64,000 nt of DNA. Origin: Perna viridis (Eukaryota). A model generated the notes under the pieces. The model saw nothing but the letters and a program-made list of their open reading frames with translations. It made no database searches and was not told the DNA's origin. Shown here in pieces: positions 34,301 to 46,576 of this stretch. The stretch spans positions 49,331,195-49,395,194 of the forward strand of contig CM074513.1 of NCBI GenBank assembly GCA_037379345.1. Direction: 5' to 3'. Within the stretch, counting starts at the first letter, position 1. The number at the start of each line of letters is the position of its first letter. Both the position numbers and the translations under genes were made by a program.

Positions 34301-37300
34301 CTTCAAATTCGTAATAATCACTACCATCTTTCAAGTCTTTTACCTCATCTTTGGCTATTTGCCGCACAGCCTGGTCATAATCTAGCCTGTAATTTGTTAA
34401 ACTAAAATAATACTTCGCCTCTTCAGACATTCAGAACTTTTTAACTTTCCAGAAAATGGGGACCAATTATAACTTTGGATGTTTGCAGTAAAATAGCTAA
34501 TGTGCTCTCTGTTTGATTAATCTGATTCCATTAATCTGTCCTTTTATTGGAGTCGAAGTAGAATTAGGTCGTAAAGTAAAACTGAGGGAAATTAAGGCCA
34601 TGGTGATTTCAATGAAAACAAAGTACATGTAGAACGTAAAGATTCACAAAGGTATAGAAATACATTTTTTAAATACAATTCTGAATTAATGAGGTGCCAC
34701 TTTCATTTACCGGAAAAGTGTTTTCATGATCTGTTTCATCTCCGTTCTATTTTCATGCCACATAGTAGCACAGATGTAAACTTTTGTACAAATCTGTTCT
34801 TCATATTTTGTAGATTCAGCTTCTGAAGACTGAACGTGTCTACTGTGGAGTAAGGATATATCAGCCAGCGGACTGCAGTAATGTGGCAAAACAAACAGTC
34901 TGCAATGTATCATACAGAAGGCTGTTTTAATAACCTCAGATAATGAAATAGAGAATAGTGAAGTAATAAGACAAATAGCCTGAAATGATTGAATGTGTCT
35001 GTCAGGTGTGAACAAACTGCAGTGTGGCTGTTTTACACAAGAGCCTGAACTGACAGAAATAACCTAATTGATTAAAAAGATTTATCAGTTACCAGATTGC
35101 TAAAATGTGGAAAAACAAGCTGTTTGAAACGACAGATATATTTAAGAAAACAGACGGATTAATATGTCCTTATATGAAGAAAATGCCGCAGCAAGCAGAC
35201 TGCTATGATGCAGCAAAAATGAAACATTATGAAATGAAAGAAATGTAGCAGTATATATAAATGTGGTAAAACAAAAACAATGACGAAATCGTTTGAAGTA
35301 TCATTGCATTAATAAATCTATATTTAGATTCAAGTAATGTACGCTACTTACACTTTTGTAAGTCTAACAACGTTGGAAAGACCATTATAAATTTGCCCGT
35401 CTAATGCACGTTGGATTTAGATTTATTTGTGTCAAACCCTTTTTTTAACGAAGAATAGGTGAAACCATGGTAAACATCTTAAAGTTTCCGCTAACAATTA
35501 CCTACCGCAGTGTATGTATGTCTAAATCGCTCTAGAATACTTACTTGTTTTCAAACATTATCCGGTTATGAGAACTATACCAGATATGACGGCAAATCCA
35601 AAGCTGACCAAGCCACGCCACAAAAAACAATCCCGCCATGATGTAAACATCACTAAAGTTTGCCTCTGGAATGAATTTATTTGATATCCAATTGTGGTTG
35701 ACACTGGATATGAGAATAGCTATTACGTATACGGGGGTAGATACTGCTAAAGCTATGCCAAAACAAATTCGATCCATACAAAGCTTGGTAGCAAGGACGG
35801 CTGAGTAGTACAATGCCATACACGTGAAGAAATGAACAAGAAATGGATTCATTATACTTTCATCGGCATACCTAGTGCATCTTATGGTGCTCTGTATTGT
35901 TGCATTTGCGACATTCAATGGGCAATCTATGTACATCTCTGGTTTGGGTGAAAAAGCTTTGCTCGGTTCCACTATGTCTTTTGCGAAGAAAGTTGGAAAA
36001 AGAATAAGCATAAGAACAATGCGCATAAAACTAGACACAAGAGTTGATACACAGTGTGTTTCACTGTGATTTTTGTAGTCAAAAAGTTTCCTGAAAATAC
36101 TTGATTCACGTGAGGTCTGCAAATATGTCTCGCACCAACGAACGCTTACCAGCAACGATGCAACTATCATCCAGATCGCCTCTCCTGTGTCAATCTGATC
36201 TTTAAACAATTTATACAATGGAACAGCCGTTATTCCAATTGCCTGTAAAATGATTGCCAGAATATTCAGTATTTGTTTACAGCACCTTTTAGTGCATTTT
36301 CTCCCATAAAATATTGAGTACATTATAGACGGAACCAGTGGCATCCCAGCAGTATATGCACATACTTCCACTGAGTTTAATTTGGGCATCACGATGAAAA
36401 CTATTACAGCAAGGCAGAACATATGAAGGCATTCTTTTATCACAATCTGAAATTATTCATATATATCTAATCATAGTTTTGATGTGTAGTAGTTTAAGAC
36501 GAATGTTTTTTTTTTCAAATTAATTCCAGAACAAAGTTTGACAAGAAAAGCCGATTTACTATTCATACATGAATAGCCCATATGGCACACAACTGAACGC
36601 ATGTTGTTTTTTTTTACATCTGAATTTGAAATAAGCAGCCAATGTTTTAAATGTACATCTCTAATAACTTTGTGTTGTCTCATATCATTACTTTTACTCA
36701 CCACAATCATTCTGACAATAGATGGTGAGTTCCTTTTACCAAATATAACCCTAAAGAATGACAACATTAGCTTCACTCCATCTGGTATAATCAGTAGAAA
36801 TAATAAGTAATATGAAATAGCGTCTTTGGCAAGATTATTCTGCAAGAGATATTATGAATATAAATTTCATTTTCCAACGGATATTTTTTTCGCTATTATA
36901 ACGTTAATTAAATTCATACATTGTACAAACAGGAAATGTGGCCTAACAGGTTGACAGTGTACCAGAGGTTAGAACACAAAATATCACCTACAATAACCAA
37001 GCTCAAGCAGTATCAATATTGTAATGCTGGCTCACAATTAAAAACGAGTGCGTTGTTATCTTGTCCGTCCGTTATTTTTTTTCCATTCATTCGGTCACTC
37101 CGCCAGTCCAAATTCCTTCTCGATTATCTCGCCCCGTGCAGGTCCGGGTGTCAAAAGAATAGGCCTGCAGCAGCGCTAAGCTTGTAAAAGGCGACATAAT
37201 AGTGCTCAGAAACCTGAGCAGGGGCTAGGCGCTCTGCCCACAGAGCAACTGGGATGTGTGCCTCATGTGGTGGAATGGGGTACCCCTGACGTGTTGCATG

Positions 37301-40300
37301 CTGGGGTTGTCAGGCTATAATACGGAAAACCTGACCGCAAACCATAGGGATGCATCGTGTTGGGAAAGATGCCACGTTCCTTGCACGTTAAAGAACCCTG
37401 CTGTGGTATTCGATAGGAGTAGGAACTTTTTGCGCTCCGGCACAGGAGGCTAAATTGCCCGACCTTACCCATCCCTCCCTTTCTCTAGTGGCAATCGACC
37501 CTATTATCCTCGTGCCCCATCCCTTTCTTTTTAAATTTCATCATCATTTCATGTTCATCGTCTGAATATACATGAAATATTGCTGCTCGGACGTTAAACC
37601 CTAACAATCAATCAATCAATCAATCTCGATTATCTCGCCTTCTACCCATCGAACTGATTTTAAATTTGGTTTGTAGCTTTTAGTGATTAAGTATTTTTGT
37701 TGCTTTTTGATGTCAACACTTTGACTCACGAATATTTGAATTTATCAGCTTTTGAGCAGAAATATAAATTTTATCAAACAGGACGTGAAATTTCAATAAA
37801 GCTATTAAAAAGCAGGAAGGAAAGGCTAGAAAAGCAATGTATAAATTTCTAAATAGAGGAAGAACGCATTCGTCAATTGGGTATCAAATCGATCTTTTCA
37901 ACAAAAACATTTTTTACTATATTGAGCTGAAATATGGGGTTTTAGCAAATCAATATCATGCCTAGAACAGGTTCGATATTGGTTACTCATATTCACTGCC
38001 TCCTACGGAAAGTAGCGGCAATGAAAACACGCATTATTAATCCAACTTCTAAGGGGGGGGGTAAACGGAACAGCCGTTATTTTGGCTTCGCCTAGGGAAA
38101 TTTTTGTCACAAAAATTACCGTATTTGTCATATTAGAAAAGAAATAATTCGTGGAGGGGGTAGATTTGTACTCATTTTAACATGGGTTTGGCTGTCGCTC
38201 GGTGTTATATAATCGAAGATAAATGCCGTACCCATGCTAAAATGAGTACAAATTTACCCCCTCCACGAATTATTTCTTAAATACCAAGCAGTTTTTAATA
38301 CCGATTGGTTAATAACTCCATTAAAAAGACCGATTTATTCAAGAGTGGCATGCTACGATCCGAAATTCCCCTAAAGCAGTAAATTATAGGTTATTTATTT
38401 GAAAATTATCTAACAGTTCTTGAAGACAAGGATTTATTCACTCTTAACGCTTTCAGAACCACAAATCACCAATCGAAACAGGGCGATGGAACGGGTCGAA
38501 AGAGGTAAACGACTCTGTAATAAGTGTAATGACACTAAATTGGAGACGAATTTCATTTCATAATGGAGTGCACCTTTTTTCAGTGGAAAAAGAAACAAAC
38601 TTATTAATAAACGCCCGTCAGCACGACCTAATATCTTAAAATACCGACAAATTATGTGTTCTCAAATAGAAGAAGTAGGAAAAACTATGTAGATTTATAA
38701 AATGCATCACAAAAACAGATTTTCTCTAGGCTTACCTTTTATCCTTCTTAAGAATGAAATGTTTCCCTGGAGTATGAATGGGTGAGTGTGTGAAGTTAAT
38801 TGGGAGAGTGTGTGTGTCTTGTTTTGTCTTGTTTTTTGTTTGTTTGTGCGTATTTTTTTCATTATTATGTAATGTCTCTGTACCATGATTAGCCTTAACG
38901 AGTCATTGAAAATTAATTACACGTTAGTTAACGCTTGCGTTATATTAAATGCCAAGACAAGACAGACAAGACAACTTTATTTAAACCTCAGACACAAAGG
39001 TGTACAAGAGGACATGATATAAACACAAACATCACATTATAGCATACAAAGCAACACATAACGTATAAATCCATACAAGATATAAATACATTTACACATA
39101 CATGTATATTTAAGTCAAAATACAGGGAGAATACAACGCAGTATACCTATAATAAGTACGATATGTAGGGGTACTAAACCACATAATTTTAAAGCATTTA
39201 CATAAACAGTATACATTGAATGAGATAATTTATAAAGTACGAATAAGAATTTTTAAATAACTTGCAAGATTTTTGCAAAGTTCAACATGGCAAAACATTA
39301 ACAGCCTTTTTAATTTGTGATCCCTTGGATTTTCAGTGCAGTATTGAGGAATATATTTTTTACGGAATTTCTTTAAATCTGGATTATTACAAACAAAAAG
39401 ATCATGAAATTCATCCCCAAGACCGTTTTCACAAAGATGACAAATTCGCTCTTCTTTTGGAGTATTTGTCCACCTCCTCGTTTCAATGGGAATCTTTAAA
39501 TTAGAGCATCTCAGTTTTGCTATATATAACCTATCGCCCTGTTTCAACTTTAGTAAATATTTTTCTAAACCAAACTCGGTTTTGTATTCTGAATAGAAAA
39601 GACCTCTAGATGAATTGCTCATTTGGGCAAACCACTGTTGGATAAATTAATCATGTAATTGTTGTGTAATTAATTTTTTCAAAGCCAATCTCTGCATTGG
39701 AATCTGACCTTCCCAAATAATACTCAAGCCATTTTCGTCAAGTATTGACTTAACATAAGATATCCATTTAAATTTCTGCGGAGATTCTAAATGCAGTGCT
39801 AGCATTGCTCTGTACATAATAGATGATAATTTAGTATTTTCTAGTAATAAACTATTCCAGAATAGGACCATCTTACGTTTTATTATGGTCTCCATAGAGA
39901 ACCTACTTAATTCACCATACACCATATAATTTGGTGTACTAGATCGAACGTTTAAAATGTTTTTACAAAACTGAAGATGCATCTTTTCTATTGCGTCTTT
40001 ATTTTCAAATCCCCACACTTCAGAAGCATACATTAAGATGGGACTTACAAGTGAGTCAAATAGTTTTAACTGTAAATCAATTGGGATACAAATATTCTTA
40101 AATTTATGATAAAGTGCAAGTTTTTTTCTAGCATTACAGAAAGAGCTTCTTGCAAACCTTCTGGGGATTCGGAGAGCAGGGCTGTGTCATCAGCATATAA
40201 AATTAAGAACAATTTTACATATATATGTAATGATTCTTGACATAAATCTGAGATTTTCCCAAGACATTCTACGTTATTTTCCGAGAAAAAAATTGTCCAA

Positions 40301-43300
40301 ATCATTGAGAAATATTGAGAAAAGAAAGGGAGATAAATTTTCTCCCTGTTTCACTCCAATATGAGATAAAAAAAAATTGTGAAAAATCATTTCCCTTTTT
40401 AATACATGTTTTGATGTTTTGATACATATTATAAATTACCGTAAAAATTTTACCTTTAATGTTTGATTTTTGCATTTTTGCCATAGTCCTGACCTCCAAA
40501 CGGTGTCAAACGCACTTTTAAAATCTACAAAAGTGCAGTACAGTTTTTTACCAAGGGAAAAATACATAGGGATTAGAGAATACAATACAAATATATTATC
40601 TACTGTAGAAAAACCTCTAAGAAATCCTGCCTGTGACATTGTAATTAAATTAACATGTTCAGCGTACATATTCAATCTATTATTAAAAACAGCGGAAAAG
40701 GTTTTACTGAAACAGGAATTCAAGGTAATTCCTCTGTACATTTCCGGATCCGCCCTTGAGCCTTTATTTTTAAAAATAGTAATCATTATTCCAGTGGACC
40801 AACTATCAGGAATAATTCCAGTTTCAAAAATTAAATTAAAAAGCTTTATGTAAACAGGCATCAAATCACTTATAGTATTTTTGATATATTCATTTAAGAT
40901 TCCATCACTACCAAAAGCCTTACCATTTTTCAAATTTGAGACAACATTTTTTATTTCATCTTCCGTAATTGGTCCATTTAAAAATGATTCAACCTCATCA
41001 GATATATTATCAAAATTAAAATCCGGTTCCTGGTCATTTTCGATATTGTCATTTTCATTTAATGCTTTAAAATGATCATATAATGTCTGAAGAGATATAT
41101 CGTCATTATCATTTTGTTTTTTGTTTTGATTAAGTTTATTCAAAAAGTCCCTTCGAATCTTTTTTAGACATATCCCGTAACTCGTCCGCAGCTTTTTGTT
41201 GGTAGTTTTCAAATGCTTTATTTATAGTACTTTTGTGTTCTTTACTAGCAAGCCTCATTTTTCGTCTATTTTCAGCATTTTTCAAAAAGCTATATCTTTT
41301 ACGTGCTTTATGAAATTTTTTCCTGCTATTTGAACACTTTCTATTATACCAAGGTTTTGAATCTTTATGTTTATAATAGTTTTTACGAAATGTTCCTTTA
41401 CCGAAAGTTTTTTTCGCTGCATCTGTGAAAATATTATTTATATCTGAAACAATATTATTCATTTCAATTTGTGTAACATTATTAGCAGAAACTGCATTTA
41501 ATTTGTTCAACACACTCTCCATGTTACCGTTAGAGCCGTCGTGAACATGATTTACATACTCGGATTTCTTTTCAGTTTTCCACTTAATAAAAAACTGACT
41601 TGTGTGTTCCTTCGTAAACGGTCTGTTGCTCATTACAAAACGTAGCCTGCAGACTAAGCTTAATCATACAGTGACAATCTGAATATAGAGGTAAAAATTC
41701 ACAAATTTCAAAATCAGAAATAAAAGGAAACATTTTTGATGATACGATTAAGTAATCAACAACACTTGAATCATTACATTTTTTTTCACCTACATTTCTG
41801 TCTATACCTACTCTAGAGTTGACAATATTAATGTTATTCTTTTTACACATCTCAAGTAATCTATTGCCATAAGTATTTGGTCTACATGTACATTTAGATA
41901 CCCTCTGTAATGAAATTTGGTTATGTATCAATTCTTGAAAATCATACAAGTATGCTAAAATATCAGCATCATGAAGTCAAATAAATTCACTATAGACTCG
42001 TCTGGAATTACATAATCTGGTAATACAAACGTTTTTGAGTTACAGTCATCGATTAGTGCAACATAACTATTTTCGTTATTAACTAAAGTTCTTAATTCGT
42101 TTTCCATTTCTTCAAAAGCTTCCAATCTAGAGTAATTCGAATTTTCAGGTGGTACATACACACATCCGAATAGTACATCAGAATCACTTAGAATTAAAGA
42201 ATTTGATATCTTAAACCACTGAACAAACTGGCTTTCAGTTTTGTAAAATTTTATTTTTTTACCTAAACTTTTTTTGGTAAATCACTATTATTCCGCCTGA
42301 CGCTTTTTTAAATTTTTGTCTATTTTTTGTGACATAATCAAAACCTCTGGTAAATCTATATTATCTAAATCTGTAAGTTTTGTTTCTACAAATACACAAA
42401 TACCATGTTCATGCAAGATATCTAAAAAATCAGGAGATAATAATCTTTTCTTTAGACCACAAACATTTAAATAACAAATTTTTAAATTACTTTTAATAAT
42501 GTTAACATCATTTTGGAAATTACTACATGTATCTATATTGAGGTCCCTGTTAAGTCCGAGGCGTCCTCTTGCACCAACCCCCTATCTGACGGATGCCGAA
42601 TGAGCAGTTACATTCGAAAAACGAGGAAACGGTCCCTGTCTGTTTTTTATAAGGCGGCGAGTTACCAGAGTGGATACTTTTGGAGACGTGTGGTGGTTAG
42701 CGGCAGAATCATTTGTTGTATCGGTGTCGGGAATATACAATTCATTGTAAATATACAGCCTATCACGGATAAGGGTAACTTGTTTTCTCTGCTGCTTCGC
42801 AGCTTTCATTACCGGATATAAAGGTTTACGAGCCTCTTCAATTTCTGTGGGGAATTGCTCCCGTATTCCATAGGGTTTACCTTTAAGTCTATTGGCTATA
42901 CTTAAAACACAATCAAGATCTTTATGGTACAGAAATCTTGCGGCAATTGGTGCTCTTCTGTCGTCGCCCCTACGTTTCCGAATTCGATCTTAAAATCGAC
43001 TCCCAACTCATTATAGAGGAAACAACGTAATAGCTGTTCAGTATCCTCATTTCGTACTCTATGTTACCCTGTAAAAATCAAATTGTTTTTCATAGAACGA
43101 CATTTGAGGTCGAGTACGGCGTCTTTGAGACTTTGAAGCTCTTCTGAATATTGTGCCACTGGTTGTATAATAGGCTGAAAGATAGGCTTCTCTTCCAGTT
43201 TACGTATTCTACTATCCAGGTGAATAATATTTCTGGTATTGGTTTTTACCTGGCCGTTTATCTGATCAAACAGGTTACTGACACATTGACAGCTTGTCTC

Positions 43301-44763
43301 ACAATCTGATATTTTTTTACTGAATTCAGTAGCTTTATTTTCTATGTTCTGACTCGGGAAGAAACAGCCAAAAAACTCTGTTTTAATTCATCAAGCTTTT
43401 TGTCAATGTTTGTTTCAATGCGCTGCATTCTAGAATCAATACTAGTAACTATTTGTAGGAACATGTTTATTATTGTACTGACATCATCATGGGAACTTTC
43501 TACAATTTTGCGGCTCTGCTCAATCAACTTTGAAGTATCCCTCAAAGACATTTTGTTTTGATTGGCTGATTGTAAAGGTTAAGAGTTCACATTTACTATA
43601 AACAGCTGACTTTACTACGAGTCTAAAGTCCAATATCATTAACAACTTGGTAAACACTTCTTGTTTGTACTGTTTAGCCCCCCGGGTATGATCAAGGCGG
43701 GTCACAATGAACTCATTTATTCAAAATTCAAATATCAACAGATGTTACAATATACTAAAATGGATTGAAGAGCTCCCAAACGAAAAGTTTTTAGCAGTTA
43801 GATAAAGTTTGAAAAGTATATTCACGTTTGGCGAAATTTAGTGTCCAACAATATCCAAAAACTAACCAAAATCCATATTTTTTTACGAGAAAAACAACAC
43901 TCCATTTTCACAATCAATCACGTGACTAGATACGTGCCTTGCACAAAAATATTAAACAATGTGTTAGCTAACATCATGTTAGCTTATTAGTGTTAAATGT
44001 TACCCATCATACTATGCACAAAAGTTCGGAAAACATATGCTTTAAATAATCTTCCGCAGAAATTTCTCATCATTAAAATCAAGGGAAAGGCAAACTCTCT
44101 CTAAAACGTCTTTCACGTCTTTGACCAGGAACAGGTACTTCCAAAAATGCAGCCATTTTAACCAAGCGTTAATTTTTTAATTAGGCATTTTTAAGTTGAT
44201 TAAAATAAACGAAAAATGAACACAGACTTTTTTGTTAAAATATTAGAACAACACTTAACGAACTCATTATTTTTAACAACAACGATAGCCTAACGATGTC
44301 TCGAACAGCTGAGCCCCTACAATTATTTGGCTTACTAATATGGTAGTGCATCGTAAGCCTCATTGACTGACTGTACAAGTTGTTTGTATTTTGTCACAAT
44401 ATCAAATATAAAACGAATTATAAATATTGATAATTGTCTTATATTTATAAATATTTATAAATATTAATAATTAGGCATTTTCGTCCACTTATGCTTGCCA
44501 TAGATATATCGTATAGGTCAATATTACATCAAGGTTGTACTCACAATTCGTTTTGTTTTCTTCTCCTTTGTATAGGTATCTGTTAGAATCTGTAACGATG
44601 CTCTGGTAACAGCAGACCCACCAAAAACCAACAGAAACAAGACAATGTATGCTACTAGTTTGACTACTCTGAGAAGATTATCTGCTACGGAACTCGTGTT
44701 TTGTTTATTGTTCTCTCCGTACACGTCCTTTCGGAACATGTCCCAGTAGTTCATGTTTTGCAT
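28356..44763 (-). CDS. CHS: Chitin synthase (GT2), 11 coding exons, ~1338 aa
   Basis: Exons 44763-44545, 36839-36702, 36446-35545, 34899-34711, 34386-34301, 33880-33781, 33582-33429, 32884-32759, 32116-31981, 30833-30633, 30121-28356. All introns are GT-AG with consistent phases (4017 nt). Motifs WDMF, CATMWHE, KIRHKKRWSQ, LDGDVDF, GHWLQK, QYDQGEDRW, QRRRW, SWGTRE. Confidence 0.95.
31620..31845 (+). repeat. Intronic minisatellite (~35-57-bp units)
   Basis: GTTTATTGTATGTACCCGTCAGTGTACGACCATTTCAATG-like unit, 4-5 copies; a degenerate copy lies near 31028-31075. Confidence 0.8.
37131..37623 (+). mobile_element. SINE-like retroposon bounded by a target-site duplication
   Basis: TCTCGATTATCTC(GCC) at 37118-37133 and 37624-37639; (CAAT)n tail; central GCACGTTAAAGAACCC motif resembling mollusc SINE central domains; no obvious tRNA A/B boxes at the 5' end. 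Confidence 0.88.
38139..38278. repeat. ~49-bp inverted repeat (mini-MITE/hairpin)
   Basis: AAGAAATAATTCGTGGAGGGGGTAGATTTGTACTCATTTTAACATGGGT versus ACCCATGCTAAAATGAGTACAAATTTACCCCCTCCACGAATTATTTCTT, ~42-bp spacer. Confidence 0.85.
38440..38720 (+). mobile_element. LINE 3'-end fragment
   Basis: FRTTNH..PIETGRW..LCNKC..GDEFHFIMEC remnants. Confidence 0.65.
38953..43920 (-). mobile_element. Near full-length CR1/L2-group LINE in chitin synthase intron 1 (ORF1 + EN/RT ORF2), decayed
   Basis: ORF1 remnants (DLKCRSMKNN.., YGIREQFPTEIEEARK..LIRDRLYI); endonuclease (LNVCGL, YVPPENS, SVVDY, SDCH); RT (FVDFKSAFD, YADD); C-terminal ERICHLC..GDEFH; AATAAA plus (TCTTG)n tail near 38953-38985. Confidence 0.9.
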
Positions 44764-45849
44764 CGAAGAACTAGGGACTCTGAAATTGGAAGAGTGTATT
44801 TGGAAATATATTTACTACCCAATCTGCTGAATCATTCTAAAAAATGGTTAATTACATATTACAAGATTCATGTTTGCGATTATAGTTAAAGACACATACG
44901 CAGGGTAGTTAAGGTACTTTCGGGAAAACTTCCGGAAAAATATGATAAAAATTATGGGTCCCTTAAAACCTTTTTTATTCCTTGAAGATATTAAATATGT
45001 CAATAAAAAAGTCCTTGTAAATGAAAATAGGAATTAAAAATCATGCTTTTTACTTCGTCTATACTTAGAAACGAAAGTTGGCACGTAAAATGACATTTTA
45101 AAACACGTGGACGAACTTCACATATAATGGAAAAACCCAGCGTGATAATCATAACAGATTTGTACAATCAATACTTTAAAAGAAGCGCCTTTCCATACAA
45201 ATTCAGAAAAGTGCTATGCCTACAATATTAATAAGGTTTCATATTTTATTTTTAATCAAATTCACGAAAAAATCGAAAAAAGTGGATTTTCCGGTATAAA
45301 ATGAGCCCCAGAAATTTTATTTGTGGTTAATATTCGTAGGCATAGCAGTTCTCCTATGGGCACATTTTGCAAAGTGCACAGGTGAACAATTCCGAATATC
45401 GGATTTCGATTCGGTATGACTACGATATAGGACAAAGCTGCATATCCGGCAATATCACGATATGTTAAATAAATTCATAATTTATAAGTTTTATTAAATA
45501 CAGATATAGAACCTATATATTTTTTCAAGCAGAGGTACTTTGTGTTGACATTCTTTAAAAAAAATAAATATACAATGTACATAGTTAATTTCGATTTGAA
45601 TATATAAAGCCTATTCATTTTATTACACAGAAAAGAACGAAAATTAAAGTAAAATATAATAATATCGAAAAACAAAAGTAAAAATAAAATAATTTAAATG
45701 ATCATAACAATTATGAAATTAAAAAAAAAAAAACGTGATTAAGACTCATTTAAAAAGGATAAATTGTACGATTAATAAAAAATTAATTCATGCAAGAACA
45801 AAAAAAAGTGTAATCATATTATTTGACAAGTAGTCTACAGATCAAGAAG

Positions 45850-46200
45850 TACCATTTTATGTGTTTAAAAGACATCACAATTAACAAGGAAATGTACTTC
45901 GTCCTCAACCTCGAAGTGACAAAACGGACAGAGTATTCGGTTTAACGCGATTCCTGGTGAACCAAATGTGTTCTTCTTGAATGTGTATTTTTAGCTTGAT
46001 TGTTGTCGGGGCGTTCGTCCTTGCATATCACCAACTCTTTAAGAACTGTATAATTTTCCTCTTCATATACCTTAAAATAATTTTCAAACTCGGAATTAGA
46101 CCTAGAGTTTAACCGTAAACTCGGCACTCCCCTCTCCATGACTTTAAAATTGTTTGTGTTATTGTGGCAATATAAATATAAGTATCTTAAAGCTGCATTA
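45850..46200 (-). mobile_element. LINE 3'-end fragment
   Basis: Minus frame reads RILCPFCHFEVEDEVHFLVNC, the LINE ORF2 C-terminal Zn motif. Confidence 0.55.
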
Positions 46201-46576
46201 GCTGCCAAATTTGTTCAGTTTTAATTCTACTGAATTTTGTTGATTCAATGAAATAAGTTTGTAAGAATGCAACTGAAGAAATAAATGTCAATAATTCCTA
46301 CAGAATATTGTAAAAACAACGTTTTTTTTTGATAAAAAAGATCGATAGCTAATTATTTTCCGCAATTACTTCCGAAGATTGCCGACGGGACATTCAACTA
46401 GTTTAAAAATACTTTAACCATGGTAAAAAAATCAATAACGGATACACAGCTGCGCACGTGTCTTGTTTACATTCCTTTTCATCTATTTCTTTATTAGTTT
46501 TCAAATAAATAATGACAATTACTGACCATATTTGTGCCACATTTTATCAAAATACCAAATTTCAAAAGGATCCTTG

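Noticed and set aside
45942-46208. 88-aa ORF as the first chitin synthase exon
   Set aside because: It ends in a stop with no suitable donor, and an overlapping frame shows a LINE C-terminal CxxC..EDEVHFL motif.
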